Below are positions 60,604-64,000 of a stretch of 64,000 bases of DNA, in pieces. Each line of letters opens with the position of its first letter. Position 1 is the first letter of the stretch. The translations under genes and the position numbers were made by a program. The stretch is taken from NCBI GenBank assembly GCA_965242965.1, contig OZ251518.1:1600001-1664000 (forward strand). Reading direction: 5' to 3'. Under the pieces are notes generated by a model. The model did no database searches. It worked only from the letters and a program-made list of their open reading frames with translations, and was not told the DNA's origin. Source of the DNA: Candidatus Poribacteria bacterium (GTDB taxonomy: Bacteria > Poribacteria > WGA-4E > WGA-3G).

Positions 60604-62118
60604 ATGAAAACGAAACTGATTCTATCCTGGATGCTGCTTGTTATCCTGTTGTGCCCGGCTTCCGAAGGTCGCGAGAAAACAACAGCAGGCACACTCGCTG
60701 TGGACCACGTAGTGGACAGAGACGCGTACACTTACAAGACGGTCAACGGCAAAAAGGTAAAACGTGTTAAGACCCAATGCGTTGCCCTCAAGCGCGTCCG
60801 GTTCAACACGTCTACAGGTTCGGCGTATGCAGCTAGTAGTGTTTTCGTCGGATTCGTCTTAGAAAACGGCGGGGCTGCTGTAGTAAACGGCTACATCCGA
60901 GGCTCCGCTAACCAAGGCGTAACCTATGGCAAGATTAAGGCAAACCCTGTTGTTGAGTCGAAAGATATTCCGGGCAAAAACGACGTACGGAGTAGGTACA
61001 AACTCAACCAATGGACGAAGGATAGCCACCCTAAGAAAGGTAGCGATCCCGGCAGACGTGCCCGAAATGACGTTGCCTACGTCGCCTGGAAGTCACACGA
61101 AGTGAGAAATTCCCGTATGAACCTCAGACCCTCCCAAAACGGCGTGAGGAACTTTAACATGGAGGACCACGGTAACGCCAAGATAACCATACCGAGTGCT
61201 AGACAAGGTAGTTCGAGTTGGCTCAAAGGTGCTTTGAACCCCTTCGCATTTGCTGCAGTGAAGGCAGGAACAAACCAAGGCCACTACATCCCAGAGCTCT
61301 CTGTCAGCACCAATGACCCGAAGACTAACAAGAAAGGGGACGGTAGAGGGACGAGGACAGATAACTCAACGGAGAATGTCTCCAACGATGACTACATCGC
61401 CCCCGAGTCGTTGCCGACTCCCACAACGAGCCCTATCTGTCTGAATTGCGGAGAAGTCGTGAGCACGGATTCAGAGCACCAGAGGACCTGTGCCGGCTGT
61501 GGCACCACCTACTATACGTGCGCTTTACAACGCGTCATCGCCGCCAACAGCGAAGCTGCAGAGACGGATGGATGGGGCAGACACTGGCAGGGCCGTTGTG
61601 TTGATTCAACTTCAATCCTCGATCGTTTTGGAAATTCGATAGAAGGATGTGGTGCACTCATTTGGGCATGCAACAATGGCATCCATGGTCTTGATAAGTG
61701 TGCCAGTTGTAAAGATTGGAAACGTGACTGTCAAACGCATGTCTGTCCCAATAGTGGCAGCGGTAGTGGCAGCAGTGGCGGTGGTGGCGGCAGCAGCACC
61801 CCACCGACAACGACACCCTCGACACCCTCTAGGAGTGATAACGGCCGCAATAGCGGCGACAGCAGCAACCGCGTCCGCTGTGGATACAGCGGATGTAGCC
61901 TCGGCGGGTATGCCTCCAGCCGCACCGCGCATCAGAGCACGTGTCCGCGGGGACATGTCTTCTGGACATGTAAAAGAGGTACCGGCTCTGGCAACGATTG
62001 GCATGGAAACCGCACCTGTATACGCTCAGGATGTGGTGAAACGTTCACGCGGTGCAGCAATGCACACCGTGGCAATAATCCATGCCGATTTAATGGGGGC
62101 GGTTGGCATACCGACTAA
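60604..62118 (+). CDS. Secreted protein with Cys/His-rich C-terminal repeats
   Basis: RBS ggagg; signal peptide; many CxxC / H-x3/4-C units split by a Gly/Ser linker. Confidence 0.75.
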   Translation: MKTKLILSWMLLVILLCPASEGREKTTAGTLAVDHVVDRDAYTYKTVNGKKVKRVKTQCVALKRVRFNTSTGSAYAASSVFVGFVLENGGAAVVNGYIRGSANQGVTYGKIKANPVVESKDIPGKNDVRSRYKLNQWTKDSHPKKGSDPGRRARNDVAYVAWKSHEVRNSRMNLRPSQNGVRNFNMEDHGNAKITIPSARQGSSSWLKGALNPFAFAAVKAGTNQGHYIPELSVSTNDPKTNKKGDGRGTRTDNSTENVSNDDYIAPESLPTPTTSPICLNCGEVVSTDSEHQRTCAGCGTTYYTCALQRVIAANSEAAETDGWGRHWQGRCVDSTSILDRFGNSIEGCGALIWACNNGIHGLDKCASCKDWKRDCQTHVCPNSGSGSGSSGGGGGSSTPPTTTPSTPSRSDNGRNSGDSSNRVRCGYSGCSLGGYASSRTAHQSTCPRGHVFWTCKRGTGSGNDWHGNRTCIRSGCGETFTRCSNAHRGNNPCRFNGGGWHTD

Positions 62119-62304
62119 ACCCGCGCGTCATACACGCGCACAACCCAAAACCTCGCTGTGGATTTTCCGCAGCGGGGTTTCCCCTTTCAAGATAAACCGC
62201 ATCTTCATCAGCGCATGCCTCGCCCCCCCTCATTGCATCCCTCCTCCAACCCGACAGCGGACAAATTCATCCTGCAAAACTGTCAACGCCGACGCTTAAA
62301 AATC

Positions 62305-62333
62305 TTGACAAAACGCAGAAAAATCGGTATACT
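62305..62333 (+). promoter_or_regulatory. sigma70 promoter, probably giving a leaderless transcript
   Basis: TTGACA-17-TATACT, 7 nt before the ATG, with no SD sequence. Confidence 0.6.
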
Positions 62334-62340
62334 AATTGCT

Positions 62341-63003
62341 ATGATGAAACTTTTATCTATCAACGTCTCAAAACCGAAACCTATCCAATACCGTGGCAAA
62401 ACCGTGATGACAGGGATTTTCAAAGAGCCGGTAACCGGTACCGTCATGCTCCGAGAAACAAACATTGATGGCGATGGACAGGGCGATCTTCGCGTCCACG
62501 GCGGCACCTATAAAGCCGTTTATGCTTACCCAAGTGAGCACTACGCACACTGGAAAGAGGTATTGCAGCGAGAGGACTTGTCCCCCGGACAATTTGGCGA
62601 GAACCTGACTGTCGAAGGCTTAGTGGAAGACGCTGTCCACATCGGCGATGTTTTTCATATAGGCGGCGCGGCAAAACTGCAAGTCACGCAGCCGCGCGTT
62701 CCCTGTTTCAAGTTGGAACACAAAATGGGAACGCCGGGTTTCATAAAACAGTTTTTGGAGAGCCGCCGCGTCGGTTTCTACTTTCGGGTGCTTGCGGAGG
62801 GGGACATCACCGCTGGCGATGCTATTCTGCGAATTGAGCGTGCCGCCGAATCGATGAGCGTCACGGAAATCGTGAACCTGCGCTATTTTGATACGGATAA
62901 CCATGCCAAAATCGCAATAGCGCGAAAACTGCCGGCCCTCTCGCCGAGTTGGAAACGCGATTTTACTCGCATGTTATCGAAAACGAGAGATGGCCGTGTG
63001 TAA
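62341..63003 (+). CDS. MOSC domain protein (YiiM-like)
   Basis: TGIFK, GDGQGD..VHGG..KAV, FGENL and QPRVPCFKL motifs. Confidence 0.92.
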   Translation: MMKLLSINVSKPKPIQYRGKTVMTGIFKEPVTGTVMLRETNIDGDGQGDLRVHGGTYKAVYAYPSEHYAHWKEVLQREDLSPGQFGENLTVEGLVEDAVHIGDVFHIGGAAKLQVTQPRVPCFKLEHKMGTPGFIKQFLESRRVGFYFRVLAEGDITAGDAILRIERAAESMSVTEIVNLRYFDTDNHAKIAIARKLPALSPSWKRDFTRMLSKTRDGRV

Positions 63004-63039
63004 AGGTGGCTGTCTATGGTTTCCTCCAGACTGCATCCC

Positions 63040-63271
63040 CCTGTAGTTCAGGATCGCCTGAAGTTCTGGCATATTTGCCAAACGATCCTGAACCGTTCGG
63101 GAGCGGGTGCTCCCGAACTACAGCGGTGGGCCCGATGCCTGCCGGTAGGCGGGACATCCTTGTCCCGAAACCGAACCACATTGAGACCGGGAGGTCTCGC
63201 CTACCGGGGAAACGGAATCGTTCGGGGTGCCCCGAAATCATTTTGACAACAACGAGTTATGAAATACCCGC
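63040..63271. mobile_element. REP cassette ending in the long-form right terminal repeat
   Basis: ...ttttgacaacaacgagttatgaaatacccgc. Confidence 0.72.
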
Positions 63272-63284
63272 AGTAAATTAAACA

Positions 63285-64000
63285 ATGAAAATTTTTAAAG
63301 CGACAACCAAACGCGAAACCAGCGAGGCGGCGGCGCACGCTGCACGCACGAAACTCCAAGCGGCAATTGCCGACAATGGATACGCGAACTTCATCGTCGC
63401 GACGGGTGCCTCGCAGTTCAATTTCCTCGCCGCGCTCACCGCCGATACCGCCATTGACTGGGACAAGACGACGATGTTCCATCTAGACGAATACATCGGG
63501 ATTCCAGAGACGCATCCCGCCAGTTTCCGCAAATATCTGCGGGAACGGCTTGTGAATATCGTGCATCCTGGGACGGTGCATTTCCTGAACGGCGAAACAG
63601 ACAATCCACAAGCGGAGTGCGAACGGCTCAACCAGATCATCGCGCGACACCCGATTGACGTGGCGTTCGTCGGCATCGGCGAAAATGGGCACCTCGCCTT
63701 CAACGATCCGCCTGCTGACTTTGAAACCGACGCGCCCTATATTGTCGTCGAATTGGATGAGGCGTGTCGGCTGCAGCAAGTAGGCGAAGGCTGGTTTTCT
63801 GGACTTGACGAGGTGCCGGTGCAAGCCATCTCAATGTCTATCCGCCAGATTCTGAAGGCGAAGGCGATTATTTGCACAGTCCCCGATGAACGGAAAGCGA
63901 TGGCAGTGCGCGATTGCCTCACCGGGGAAATAACGCCGATGCATCCCGCGTCTATCCTGCAGACGCACGCGGATTGCGCGGTATTTTTGGATGCAGGTTC
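63285..64000 (+). CDS. nagB: Glucosamine-6-phosphate deaminase family protein (runs off the window end)
   Basis: Translated by hand: [33 protein letters not shown] and PASIL motifs. Confidence 0.9.
   Translation, partial: MKIFKATTKRETSEAAAHAARTKLQAAIADNGYANFIVATGASQFNFLAALTADTAIDWDKTTMFHLDEYIGIPETHPASFRKYLRERLVNIVHPGTVHFLNGETDNPQAECERLNQIIARHPIDVAFVGIGENGHLAFNDPPADFETDAPYIVVELDEACRLQQVGEGWFSGLDEVPVQAISMSIRQILKAKAIICTVPDERKAMAVRDCLTGEITPMHPASILQTHADCAVFLDAG

Overview
A 64-kb bacterial chromosomal window of moderately high GC. It is probably from Candidatus Poribacteria (inferred from the WD40/dockerin/FlgD-tail, lamin-tail, HEAT/PDZ, NHL, DUF4159 and vWA secreted proteins, and from lptFG indicating a diderm cell). 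Housekeeping genes (trpF, purD, polyprenyl synthase, lacD-like aldolase, lptF/lptG, ggt, nusB, nagB) are interspersed with lineage-specific exported proteins. Almost every intergenic gap holds GTAG-initiated palindromic REP families assembled into modular cassettes. Many cassettes are bounded by a 15-bp terminal inverted repeat (GAGGGTGTTTCATAA), and one has a perfect 8-bp target-site duplication. REP units have also entered protein genes in frame. Other highlights: (1) a predicted sigma54-driven operon of an uncharacterised beta-barrel plus amt, followed by a second amt with a switchable leader and no PII gene; (2) a 1.5-kaa surface protein whose start appears to be out of frame at a poly-C tract; (3) a DNA methyltransferase flanked by 19-bp direct repeats in front of a tandem array of PD-(D/E)XK-like paralogs. 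No rRNA, tRNA, CRISPR array or intact transposase was recognised. All functional calls are by motif recognition, not database search.
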